A DNA stretch of 64,000 nucleotides, taken from NCBI GenBank assembly GCA_038852315.1, contig JAWCKF010000004.1:27265-91264 (forward strand). Reading direction: 5' to 3'. Source of the DNA: Thermoplasmata archaeon. GTDB taxonomy: Archaea; Thermoplasmatota; Thermoplasmata; UBA10834. The notes under the pieces were generated by a model, which worked only from the letters and a program-made list of their open reading frames with translations, did no database searches and was not told the origin of the DNA. Shown here one piece after another: positions 18,630 through 27,214 of the stretch. Position 1 is the stretch's first letter. Every line of letters starts with the position of its first letter. A program made the position numbers and the translations under genes.

Positions 18630-20110
18630 CCGAGTGCCCTCCTCGCGGCCTCGCGCATCGCATCGACGTCAGGCTCGATCCCCGTCCAGAGCCTGAACGA
18701 CTCCGCCCCCTGCTGGACGAGCATCTCGAGGCCACCATATGCCCTCGCTCCCCTCGATTCCGCGAGCCGCATCGTCGCCGTCACGGGCGGGTTGAAGACT
18801 ATGTCTATCAGCACATTCGATGGCTCGAAGAACCTGCCGTCTATGGGACTCTCGTCGGACACGCCCTTCATCCCCATCGGGGTGCAGTTAACGATCAAAT
18901 CATAGTGCAGATCGCGCCTGCGCCTGAGCTCGCTGGGCCTGATGGGGCGCGCTCCGAAGTCGCGCGCGAGCCTGCGCGCCCTGTCCATGTCCTTGTCCGT
19001 CACAGTCAGCTTCGCGCCCCTCTCCCGGAGGACATACGCGACTGCCCGCGCGGCTCCGCCAGCGCCCACCACCAGCACCCGGGTTCCCGGGATGATGTCC
19101 TTTTTACCTTCAAGGAGCCTTGAGAATCCGTATACATCCGTGTTTTCTCCTTCAATCAGGCCGCCGCGGAATATGAGTGTGTTCACCGCCCCCGTCGCCT
19201 TCGCCGCAGGGCCCTTCCGCGAGCAGTTCCTGAAGGCCCATGCCTTGTGGGGAATCGTAACATTGACTCCCCTGAAGCCTAGCCTCACGAGCGTGCGGAG
19301 GGCCAACCTCGTGAGCTTGTTCGGCGGAACATCGAGCGGGACATACGCTCCCGTAAGGGAAGCCCTGGCCATCGCCGCCTCCTGCATGGGCTTGGAAACG
19401 CTGTGCGATACGGGATGGCCCAGCAGCCCGAGCAAGAGCTTCTTCTCATCTAGCAGACGACGCTGTGCGGCGATGTCCAGCTGTCCGGGGGCCGCCTCCC
19501 GCCCGGGGAGGCAAGCGTACGCGAGCTCGGCCCCCATCTCCGCGGCGCACACGCGTGTGAGCTGTCCCTGGGTCCCCATCCCAACGAGCGAGAACCTGCG
19601 ATTTGCTTTGGCAGCGCCTATCCCGACCTGAGCGAGCATCAGCGCGTGGCCAGCATGCTCGCAAGGCATCGCAACCTTGCCTATGTCCGCTACTTCACAG
19701 GCCCTCCTTAGCGCGTTCTGTACTGCCTTCTTTGATGCCGGCCTGGAGAAGTGCTTAGAGGCGATTATGACGGGCCTCGGGTCTTCCTCTGCGAGACGGC
19801 GCAACGCGCCCCCATCTCGCTCGAGCTCCATATCGATGTACTCGAAGTGGGCATCGGCAGCAAGCCTCAAGATCTGCTCTCTGTTGCGAGGACCCAGGCG
19901 GGATCTGCCACCTTCGATTGCAGACCTCAGCGTGGCTATCGCTGGCCCCAGGACGGCCTTCCTGGCGTCAGCGACCGAATCGTCGCTGAGCTCGTCAAGC
20001 TGGTCCAGCCTCACCTCGACGATGTCCGCTCCGGTTTGGAACGCGGCCCGCGAAGACTCGGCCAATGCATCGATGGACTTCTCGACTAACGAGCCGACCA
20101 GGTATGTCAT
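18626..20110 (-). CDS. aroDE: Fused type I 3-dehydroquinate dehydratase / shikimate dehydrogenase
   Basis: N-half: EVRLD, TLRS..EGG, SKH, GKVA, GMG..G..TR, APGQ. C-half: GHPVSHS.S, NVTIPHK, GAVNT, NTD, GAGGAA, NCTPMG, GLEMLVQQG. Confidence 0.92.
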   Translation of the reverse strand: MTYLVGSLVEKSIDALAESSRAAFQTGADIVEVRLDQLDELSDDSVADARKAVLGPAIATLRSAIEGGRSRLGPRNREQILRLAADAHFEYIDMELERDGGALRRLAEEDPRPVIIASKHFSRPASKKAVQNALRRACEVADIGKVAMPCEHAGHALMLAQVGIGAAKANRRFSLVGMGTQGQLTRVCAAEMGAELAYACLPGREAAPGQLDIAAQRRLLDEKKLLLGLLGHPVSHSVSKPMQEAAMARASLTGAYVPLDVPPNKLTRLALRTLVRLGFRGVNVTIPHKAWAFRNCSRKGPAAKATGAVNTLIFRGGLIEGENTDVYGFSRLLEGKKDIIPGTRVLVVGAGGAARAVAYVLRERGAKLTVTDKDMDRARRLARDFGARPIRPSELRRRRDLHYDLIVNCTPMGMKGVSDESPIDGRFFEPSNVLIDIVFNPPVTATMRLAESRGARAYGGLEMLVQQGAESFRLWTGIEPDVDAMREAARRALG

Positions 20111-20111
20111 C

Positions 20112-21143
20112 TCACTTCTCCCGTATGGTTTCCTTGACGCGCATCCCGAAGTGCCTCCCGCCCTCTTCCAGCTTGAGCAGTATCGGGTCGCCTATCTTCA
20201 GCTTGGACACTGACACGACCTTGCCCCTGGAGTAGACACGGATCGTCTCAGCGTTCTGGACTATCGTGGAGCAGCTCTGCCCTTCCGCCTCCGCCTCTAT
20301 GAGGAGCAGCGGCCTCCTCTCCACCTTGGTCCTGCCCACGACCACCTTTCTGGTATGTCCGTCGGCCCCGACAACCAAAGCCTCGTCACCGCCGGCGAGT
20401 TCAGAGAGGTACCTCGTGCTGCCGTCGGGCATGAGTATGTAGGCATGGACCGGTCCCGCGTTCACCCTGAACGGCCTCGAGGCAGCGTACTCAGATTCGA
20501 GCGTCTCGGAGTGGATCAGGAATAGCCCGGAGGATTGGTTCCCGATCAGCATCCCCTCGCCCACGCTGAGCATGGAGCAAGTGTCTATGCACACCCTGTC
20601 GCCGAGGCCTAGCTGTCTCAGGCCAGTTACTCTGCCCTCGACGAGCTGAAGACGAGGAGACGACTCCTCCACGAGCTTGCGCAGCTTCGCGAGTTCATCC
20701 AGCTTATCTGGCACGAAGAGCACGCCGTCCGCGCCCCTCTCCATGGTCTCGAAGAACAGCTTGGCCTCGCTCGCTGTTCGCGCCAGCATCATCAGCTTCG
20801 ACCCCGAGCCCTGGAAGTGCACTATCAGGTTCTCGAGAGGGATTACCTTCCAGTCCTTAGCCGATATGACGACGGTGCTCTCCCGTCCAGAGAGCCTCCT
20901 AGCCCGCAGCTCGTCCTCCTTGCCCCTGATCTCGACGAGCGTGCCTATCTTCTTCCCGTCTTCCAGGAAGTCCTTGCCCTGCATGACTATGGTCCTGAAC
21001 CTGCCCAGCTTGGTGAAGGAAAGGTCCCTCCTCTCGAGGACTATCGTGTCGAAGCCGTTTTCGAGGGCTGCGAGCGCTATGCGCTTCCTGTTCTCACTGC
21101 TGGGCTGGAAAAGGGCGCCAACCCAGATCTGGCGGTCTATCAG
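20112..21143 (-). CDS. aroB: 3-dehydroquinate synthase II (aroB')
   Basis: DWKVIPLEN, GDRVCIDTC, RPFRVNAGPVHAY, QNAETIR and GRHFG motifs. The frame extends 53 codons upstream of the first ATG (20984) to a CTG at 21143. Confidence 0.93.
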   Translation of the reverse strand: MIDRQIWVGALFQPSSENRKRIALAALENGFDTIVLERRDLSFTKLGRFRTIVMQGKDFLEDGKKIGTLVEIRGKEDELRARRLSGRESTVVISAKDWKVIPLENLIVHFQGSGSKLMMLARTASEAKLFFETMERGADGVLFVPDKLDELAKLRKLVEESSPRLQLVEGRVTGLRQLGLGDRVCIDTCSMLSVGEGMLIGNQSSGLFLIHSETLESEYAASRPFRVNAGPVHAYILMPDGSTRYLSELAGGDEALVVGADGHTRKVVVGRTKVERRPLLLIEAEAEGQSCSTIVQNAETIRVYSRGKVVSVSKLKIGDPILLKLEEGGRHFGMRVKETIREK

Positions 21144-21147
21144 TTGA

Positions 21148-21933
21148 TCACCGCCTATAAGCGTCCTGAGGCATCATGTCCTCGAAAACGACCCGGCCTA
21201 TAGCCCTTGTGATGAAAGCCACATCGTCGTGCTGGAACACGTTCCTGCCGATGGAGACTCCTCTGGCCCCCGCCCTGATGGCCTCGTGGACCATCCTCAG
21301 CACAGCCAGATCGTCGTCCATCTTCGGACCGCCAGCGATCACGACCGGGATTGGTGTTCCCTGGACGACCTCCTTGAAAGTCTCGATGGAGCCTGTGTAG
21401 TTTGTCTTGACGATGTCCGCGCCCAGCTCGGCGGCCAGCCTGGCGCAGTGCTTCACCGCTTCTGGATCGAACTGGCTCTTGATGTTCTTTCCCCTGGGGT
21501 AGCACATCGCAAGGAGGGGCAAGCCGAGCTCCCTGCACCTGTCCGAAACCATGCCGAAGTCGGCGACCATCTTGTCTTCCCCGTCGCCGCCTATGTTGCA
21601 GTGGATCGATACGGCGTCGGCGCCGATGGCGGACGCGTCGTCAGCCCTCGCCACGAGCACCTTGTAGTCTGGGTTGGGCGAGACCTTCGTGCTCGCGGAT
21701 ATGTGCACTATCAGCCCGAGCCTTCTGCCGACAGTCTCCCCCAGGTGCGGGACCAAGCCCTTGTGAACCACGATGGCGGATGCGCCACCCTCGGCTATCT
21801 TGTCGACGGTGGTCCTTATGTCGGCTATTCCCTTGACCGGGCCCATGGATACACCGTGGTCCATCGGGACTATGACGGTCCTGCCAGTGCCCTGGTGGAA
21901 TATCCGCCTGAGTCTGATCGCCTTGCCAATCAT
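21148..21933 (-). CDS. 2-amino-3,7-dideoxy-D-threo-hept-6-ulosonate (ADH) synthase, aroA'
   Basis: VPMDHG, YPRG, ELGADIVKTNY, AGGPK and GRNVFQH (class I aldolase); lies directly upstream of aroB'. Confidence 0.9.
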   Translation of the reverse strand: MIGKAIRLRRIFHQGTGRTVIVPMDHGVSMGPVKGIADIRTTVDKIAEGGASAIVVHKGLVPHLGETVGRRLGLIVHISASTKVSPNPDYKVLVARADDASAIGADAVSIHCNIGGDGEDKMVADFGMVSDRCRELGLPLLAMCYPRGKNIKSQFDPEAVKHCARLAAELGADIVKTNYTGSIETFKEVVQGTPIPVVIAGGPKMDDDLAVLRMVHEAIRAGARGVSIGRNVFQHDDVAFITRAIGRVVFEDMMPQDAYRR

Positions 21934-22083
21934 CCGCTCACCGACCGATGACCGTGCTATTTTTTGTCACTGTGCTCGCCATCGCGCTGGACGTATAAGT
22001 CGCTTGCCTCTGGATGGCGGTTTAGATGCGTACACTGGTCGCAATATTAATCTATTACTGTACACATGTTGTCATCGAGTGTT

Positions 22084-22584
22084 ATGTGGGACAAGATCGC
22101 AAACTACTTCGAGAAGTATCCGTCGCAGGCGAAGGTCGCGAGGTACATGCTGAAGTACGGCCTCCGCATAGACAAGGAGCAGGTCTACTGCGGGGACGTG
22201 CAGATCGCAGATTCGGCCCTTGCGAGGGCTGCTGGCGTCGATAGGAGGGTGGTCAAATCCACGATAGAGACCATCAAGAGCGACCCGACGCTGTTCAAGT
22301 TCTTCTCCCAGCTACTGCCGACGAACCATCTGAAGAACGCCGCGTCCGCAATGGGCTGGAGCGCGGTCGAGATAGTCCCGACCAATGCGCACGAGCCAGG
22401 CATAATCGCAGCGGTCTCTGACATCCTCGCCAGGGGAGGCATCAGCATCAGGCAGGCGATAGTCGACGATCCCATGACCTCCGAAGAGCCGAAGCTCTTC
22501 ATCGTGACAGAGAGCCAGGTCCCCTCCGACCTGATACCAGCCATTCGACAGGCGAAGGGTGTCAAGGGCGTTACGATATACTAG
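22084..22584 (+). CDS. Predicted regulator of amino acid metabolism with HTH and ACT domain (COG2150-like)
   Basis: F..YPSQ.KVA..ML.YG, ALARAAGVDRRVV and PGIIA.V...GISIRQ motifs. Confidence 0.85.
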   Translation: MWDKIANYFEKYPSQAKVARYMLKYGLRIDKEQVYCGDVQIADSALARAAGVDRRVVKSTIETIKSDPTLFKFFSQLLPTNHLKNAASAMGWSAVEIVPTNAHEPGIIAAVSDILARGGISIRQAIVDDPMTSEEPKLFIVTESQVPSDLIPAIRQAKGVKGVTIY

Positions 22585-22623
22585 GCCGAGAGGATCACGA
22601 CGCACTTGCCAGGCCGGTGACGG

Positions 22624-23523
22624 ATGGCTACAAGCAGCGATTCGACCAAGGCGTATCTCGCCATCGTCACGGCTGTGGTGTCCGTGTCGTTCGCCTCCAT
22701 ATTCATAAAATGGAGCGAAAGCCCTCCATTCATCATAGCCGCGTACAGGCTGTCCATCACATGCCTGATCCTCGCGCCCTACATGCTCGCGACGGACGGA
22801 TTCAGCAGGCTCAGGAATCTCAGCAAGGGCGAGTTCCAGTTGATTTTGTTGAGCGGCGTGGCGCTCGCGTTCCACTTCGGTTTGTGGATCGTCTCTCTCA
22901 CGCTCACGCTTGTCGCCACATCTGTCGTGTTGGTGACTTCGCACCCCATGTTCGTCGCCGCTGTCCAGCACTTCCTGCTGAAGGAGCGCGTGAGGCGCGT
23001 CGCTGTCGCAGGGATAGCCATTGCGTTCACGGGCGTGGCCGTGATCGCCGTGTCGGACTGGGGCGTCGGGCCAGGGACTCTGCTGGGAGATATGTTGGCT
23101 TTCCTCGGCGGCATATGTGCGGGTATATACTTCCTCTCAGGAAGGCTGGCGAGGCAGAAACTGGAAGTCGTGCCCTACTCCTTCTCGGTCTATGGACTCG
23201 CTGCAATGCTCCTTTTCGTGGGCGCCTTTGCATCAGGAGACGAGTTGATAGTGGTGGCGCCCAGGGAACTCTTGCTGTTCGTCGCCATGGCAGTGGTCCC
23301 GACGATATTCGGCCACACGATGTTCAACTACGCTCTGAAGAAGGTCCCGGCACACGTCGTTTCTACGAGCGTCCTCGGTGAACCCGTCGGAGCTTCGATA
23401 CTCGCCTTTCTCCTGCTGCCAGGCGAAACACCCGGCATCCAGATTATCGTGGGCGGGTTCCTCGTCGTCACCGGCCTGTTCATCGTGCTTTCCAAGGGCC
23501 AGGTGACGGATGTGCCATCGTGA
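22624..23523 (+). CDS. DMT/EamA family transporter
   Basis: About 10 hydrophobic segments in two EamA repeats; LALAFHFGLW, FGHTMFN and LGEPVGA motifs. Confidence 0.9.
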   Translation: MATSSDSTKAYLAIVTAVVSVSFASIFIKWSESPPFIIAAYRLSITCLILAPYMLATDGFSRLRNLSKGEFQLILLSGVALAFHFGLWIVSLTLTLVATSVVLVTSHPMFVAAVQHFLLKERVRRVAVAGIAIAFTGVAVIAVSDWGVGPGTLLGDMLAFLGGICAGIYFLSGRLARQKLEVVPYSFSVYGLAAMLLFVGAFASGDELIVVAPRELLLFVAMAVVPTIFGHTMFNYALKKVPAHVVSTSVLGEPVGASILAFLLLPGETPGIQIIVGGFLVVTGLFIVLSKGQVTDVPS

Positions 23524-23595
23524 ACTCGAGTATGCGAGCTAACGATAAGCCCAGAAAGCACAAAGCACCAGAAGAGCATACCAGTCCGACCTGCG

Positions 23596-23952
23596 ATGCC
23601 CGGGCGCAAGATATGTCCTAACTGCAAGTACTCGAACGACGAGAACGACTACTACTGTCGATACTGTAAACAAGAGCTACCCGAGGTCAAGGGCGAATTC
23701 CAGATGCGACCACGGCCCGCCAAAGTGCAGGCGGCCCCTGCGCCGCCTTCAAAGCAGTGTCCTGAGTGCGGTGCGGAGTTGCAGCGGGAAGGGGTGTCCT
23801 GCACGTCATGCGGGTGGCAGTCTGGGCCCGCCGCGGTTCCAACGAAACGGCCTAGCAGCCGCAGATGTCCTGCATGTGGCCGAAACATAAGGGATGATTC
23901 GATCTTCTGCGAATACTGTGGTTTCAGGCTCGCAGGGCAATCGTACCGCTGA
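23596..23952 (+). CDS. Small multi zinc-ribbon protein
   Basis: Three CxxC...CxxC units (CPNC/CRYC, CPEC/CTSC, CPAC/CEYC). Confidence 0.8.
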   Translation: MPGRKICPNCKYSNDENDYYCRYCKQELPEVKGEFQMRPRPAKVQAAPAPPSKQCPECGAELQREGVSCTSCGWQSGPAAVPTKRPSSRRCPACGRNIRDDSIFCEYCGFRLAGQSYR

Positions 23953-24108
23953 AGCGTCGGAAGCTGGCGTGTCGCCGCGAAGGTGTCCTGACCTCTCGCT
24001 TTCGATATTCCTTCGAAGATGCCACTAGCCTGATGTTGGACCTTTTGAAACGCGCTGTATCGGTTTGAGCGGTCCCAAACTCTAATGAACTAGCTCGGAC
24101 CGAGGAAA

Positions 24109-24369
24109 GTGTCTCCTATGACCTACGATGATGAAGATTTAGAAGTAGCGAGAATGTCTGGAGGAGATATCGCCTCATGGCGGATTCCGTCGGCCGTTAG
24201 AGAAGCAGAAGTGAAGAAGCTGGAAGCAGAGGGCAAGGTGGCCGAGGCATGGAAGTCTAAGCACGTCACATTGGAGGACAGAGGAGGTTTTGAGGGAAAG
24301 AGCTTCCTCTATCTGATTCTGCTGCTCGTTGTAGTGGGAGTTATCGTCATGGCCATTGCTCTTGTTTGA
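24109..24369 (+). CDS. Small hypothetical protein with C-terminal transmembrane anchor
   Basis: Charged N-terminal part followed by FLYLILLLVVVGVIVMAIALV; GAGG upstream. Confidence 0.55.
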   Translation: MSPMTYDDEDLEVARMSGGDIASWRIPSAVREAEVKKLEAEGKVAEAWKSKHVTLEDRGGFEGKSFLYLILLLVVVGVIVMAIALV

Positions 24370-24507
24370 ATCTTGTATTGACAAAATCGATTTCCTGATC
24401 GGGAGAAGCAGAACCCCATCTGCGAATGAAGTGAGGCTCTTGTTATCCCGAACTCGATTCTTCTATTGCTACTACGGACAGGAGCCGCTGTGGCTTTAAC
24501 ACCCGTA

Positions 24508-24524
24508 CCTTTCATGTGAAAAGG
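24508..24524. promoter_or_regulatory. Candidate operator palindrome (TTTCA-TG-TGAAA core) just downstream of TATA-like TTTAAC
   Basis: Sequence CCTTTCATGTGAAAAGG lies between TTTAAC (24495) and the regulator ATG (24554). Confidence 0.4.
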
Positions 24525-24553
24525 ATATCCCCCACCCAGTCGTAGCATCCATC

Positions 24554-25219
24554 ATGGGTCTCAATCTCGACGAGATCGACCGAAAGATACTGAGAGAGCT
24601 GCAGGAGGACGGAAGGGCGTCGTTCCGCGACATATCGTCTCGCATAGGCGTTAGCACCCCCACAGTCAGCGCGAGGGTGCAGGCGATGCTGGACATCGGC
24701 CTTATCAGGGGATACTCTGTGAATCTCGACTCAGGCCTCCTGGGACAGACGTCTGTGGCGCTCATCATAGACACGAAGCCGTCGGATCTAGACAAGGTCG
24801 TTGCTAGAATACAAGATGACGAGATTGTCAGGCAGATCTATGTGCTTTCGAACTCAAGAATACTCTGCATGCTATCCTTCTACGACCAATCCAGGTACAA
24901 GAAGTTCCTGGAAAGCCTCTCCACGATACCCGAGATCACGAAGATCGAGAACTCGGTCGTCCTGAAGGCGGCTAAGGAGGAGCCGAGAGCGTCTCTCACG
25001 GACGAGGCCGGCCTGTTGGTCAAATGCTACTACTGCGGCCGGGTCATCAAGGACGAGGGAGTGAAGATCAAGCTCGACGGGAAGTACCATTACCTCTGTT
25101 GCTCCGTGTGCGAGAAGATGTACAGGGAAAAATACGACAGGCTGAAGAAGTCGATAGGTACCATCAGACCGCATGAAGCGTCGGTTCAGCTGGCACCAGT
25201 CCACCAGCACTCGGCCTGA
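24554..25219 (+). CDS. Lrp/AsnC-type HTH regulator with C-terminal TRASH metal-binding domain (CopR/CopT-like)
   Basis: LDEIDRKILRELQEDGR HTH; CYYC...YHYLCCSVC TRASH motif; His-containing tail. Confidence 0.88.
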   Translation: MGLNLDEIDRKILRELQEDGRASFRDISSRIGVSTPTVSARVQAMLDIGLIRGYSVNLDSGLLGQTSVALIIDTKPSDLDKVVARIQDDEIVRQIYVLSNSRILCMLSFYDQSRYKKFLESLSTIPEITKIENSVVLKAAKEEPRASLTDEAGLLVKCYYCGRVIKDEGVKIKLDGKYHYLCCSVCEKMYREKYDRLKKSIGTIRPHEASVQLAPVHQHSA

Positions 25220-25242
25220 GCATTCACTTGTCTTGTTGGTCA

Positions 25243-25386
25243 CTAGCTTAGATATCTCTCAGGATTCTTGTCGAACGCCTTCTTACAGCCGGGGGCGCAG
25301 AAGAAGTATTCCTTTCCCTGGTAGGTTGATTTCCACTTAGCGTTCTTCGGATCAACTTCCATCTTGCACACAGGATCGGTTGCCAT
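25243..25386 (-). CDS. YHS/TRASH-domain metallochaperone, 47 aa (not in ORF track)
   Basis: MATDPVCKMEVDPKNAKWKSTYQGKEYFFCAPGCKKAFDKNPERYLS; DPVC...YFFC...C...F..NP..Y consensus; SD GGAGG. Confidence 0.93.
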   Translation of the reverse strand: MATDPVCKMEVDPKNAKWKSTYQGKEYFFCAPGCKKAFDKNPERYLS

Positions 25387-25605
25387 GTCAAGGTCCTCCA
25401 ATTGGTGTGGGGAGCGGAGCCAGGGGTCTTCCTCATTCGCGGGGCGCTGAAAAAGAGGCTAGCTCCGCTCCTCAGACCGTTGTAGGAAGGCGAAGGGGAT
25501 ATTCCTTGTCCCGCACACTCCACTCCATGCGGTCACACCCAGTCGTATGACAACCCTTATATGCGGGTACCTGGAATGCGAGAGCGGAACACCAGAGGAA
25601 TGTGG

Positions 25606-26397
25606 ATGCCGATATTCGAGAAATCATCAGAGAGTTCCGTGACGAGAGCGATTGTGTCGCAGTTCGCGAAGGACATGAACCAGTTCGCCGACACTGATGT
25701 CATCGTCGTGGGGGGCGGGCCGAGCGGCCTGATGGCCGCCCACGATCTGGCGAAGAAGAAGGTCAAGGTGCTTGTGATAGAGAGGAACAACTACCTCGGA
25801 GGGGGGTTCTGGATAGGCGGGTTCCTGATGAACACGCTCACGATAAGAGCCCCTGCGCAGAAAGTGCTGGATGAGCTCGGCATAGCCTACAAGCAGTACG
25901 AGAAGGGCCTGTATGTGACCTCCGGGCCTCTTGCATGCTCGAAGCTGATAGCTGCGGCGTGCGAGGCGGGGGTCAACATACTCAACATGACATCGTTCGA
26001 TGATCTCGTGCTGCGTGAGAAGAACAGGGTGGCGGGCGTGGTCATCAACTGGTCGCCCGTCGCGACGCTCCCCCGGCAGATCAGCTGCGTGGACCCCGTG
26101 GCGCTCGAGTCGAAGCTCGTGATAGACGCCACGGGCCATGACGCCTCCGTCGTGAGGAAGCTGGAGGAGCGCGGCCTGATAAAGACACCTGGGTTCGGCG
26201 CCATGTGGATCGAACAGAGCGAGGACGCCGTGGTGGAGCACAGCGGATTCGCTCATCCAGGTCTCATCGTGATAGGCATGGCGGTATCAACCACCTTCGG
26301 CCTGCCCCGAATGGGCCCGACATTCGGGTCGATGCTGCTCTCGGGCAGACGTGGGGCAGAGGTCGCCTATGAGCACCTCAAGAAGGGAAGGCGCTGA
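25606..26397 (+). CDS. thi4: Thiazole synthase Thi4
   Basis: [28 protein letters not shown] and [14 protein letters not shown] motifs; TATA-like TTATAT at about 25557. Confidence 0.95.
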   Translation: MPIFEKSSESSVTRAIVSQFAKDMNQFADTDVIVVGGGPSGLMAAHDLAKKKVKVLVIERNNYLGGGFWIGGFLMNTLTIRAPAQKVLDELGIAYKQYEKGLYVTSGPLACSKLIAAACEAGVNILNMTSFDDLVLREKNRVAGVVINWSPVATLPRQISCVDPVALESKLVIDATGHDASVVRKLEERGLIKTPGFGAMWIEQSEDAVVEHSGFAHPGLIVIGMAVSTTFGLPRMGPTFGSMLLSGRRGAEVAYEHLKKGRR

Positions 26398-27214
26398 GCG
26401 CCGGCTGCGTCGGATACGTCTGCACACCCCGGAAGGCAAGGAACCGCCGGACTTGCTTCCTGTTAGGGAGTACCTCGACTCCATGTTCGACGACGTGCAG
26501 GTTCGTCTGATTAGGTCGCCCTTTGCCAGGCTCTCGGGCCCAACACTGGACCGGGTGGCGAGGCAGATTGCGCAGGCTAGAACAAAGGATCCCACGCAGG
26601 CGCGTCAGACTCACATCCCGACGGAGGCTGAGGTGGACTACGAAAGACGTGCGATTAGAGGAACCGCAAGGCTGGGCGGCATCCCCTACGACGGAAGGAG
26701 CCTCCTCGACCTCTATTCGGACATCATGTCTCGGGAGCTGGATCCCACGGCGGCATCCATTGTTTTCACCAACCGGCTCATCACGACCTTCTCGAGGGAT
26801 GATCTGCGGCATCATCTGCGCATGCTTGTCTGCGGGTTCCCGAGCATCATATCTGTTCCGGGAGTTGTCGAGGCGCCCGCGAGGCCGAGGGAGTACTACG
26901 TCCTGCGACGAGAGTTGGAGGTCATGGGAGCGGCGCCCTTCCAGCTCGAACGACTGAAGGACGAGTTCAAAGGCAGGTTCATCGGCTATGGCGACGAAGC
27001 CGTCATAGAGGTCTTGAAGGGACTGGCACTGCAGGCGGTCATGTTCCACATGACTCTCGAACCGTTCTGTGATTCTCGGTACTGCAGGCTGTTCAACGCT
27101 CACTGGCAGGAGGAGCTCGTCCAATCACAGCTCCGCGGGGACAGGTTCTGCCCCCGCCATGCCGCCCTCGTCGCAAGACTGCGTCGCCGGCCCACCATGA
27201 ACTGGCTGTCGTGA
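26369..27214 (+). CDS. Putative metallopeptidase-like protein (DUF6775-like)
   Basis: YDG, HLR....[22 protein letters not shown]...[11 protein letters not shown] and FCPRH motifs. Start uncertain. Confidence 0.7.
   Translation: MSTSRREGAERRLRRIRLHTPEGKEPPDLLPVREYLDSMFDDVQVRLIRSPFARLSGPTLDRVARQIAQARTKDPTQARQTHIPTEAEVDYERRAIRGTARLGGIPYDGRSLLDLYSDIMSRELDPTAASIVFTNRLITTFSRDDLRHHLRMLVCGFPSIISVPGVVEAPARPREYYVLRRELEVMGAAPFQLERLKDEFKGRFIGYGDEAVIEVLKGLALQAVMFHMTLEPFCDSRYCRLFNAHWQEELVQSQLRGDRFCPRHAALVARLRRRPTMNWLS

Noticed and set aside
25400-25475. H/ACA guide or SECIS interpretation of the hairpin (ACA follows the stem; GAA bulge)
   Set aside because: No K-turn, pocket too small, ACA spacing about 18 nt; the GAA/A motif is on the wrong arm for an archaeal SECIS and no in-frame UGA gene is nearby.
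25405-25505. TPP riboswitch upstream of thi4 (GGGG...CTGAAA...GCGAAGGG)
   Set aside because: The central ACCUGAU/UAAU elements are missing, it lies upstream of the apparent thi4 TATA, and wobble pairs favour the opposite strand.
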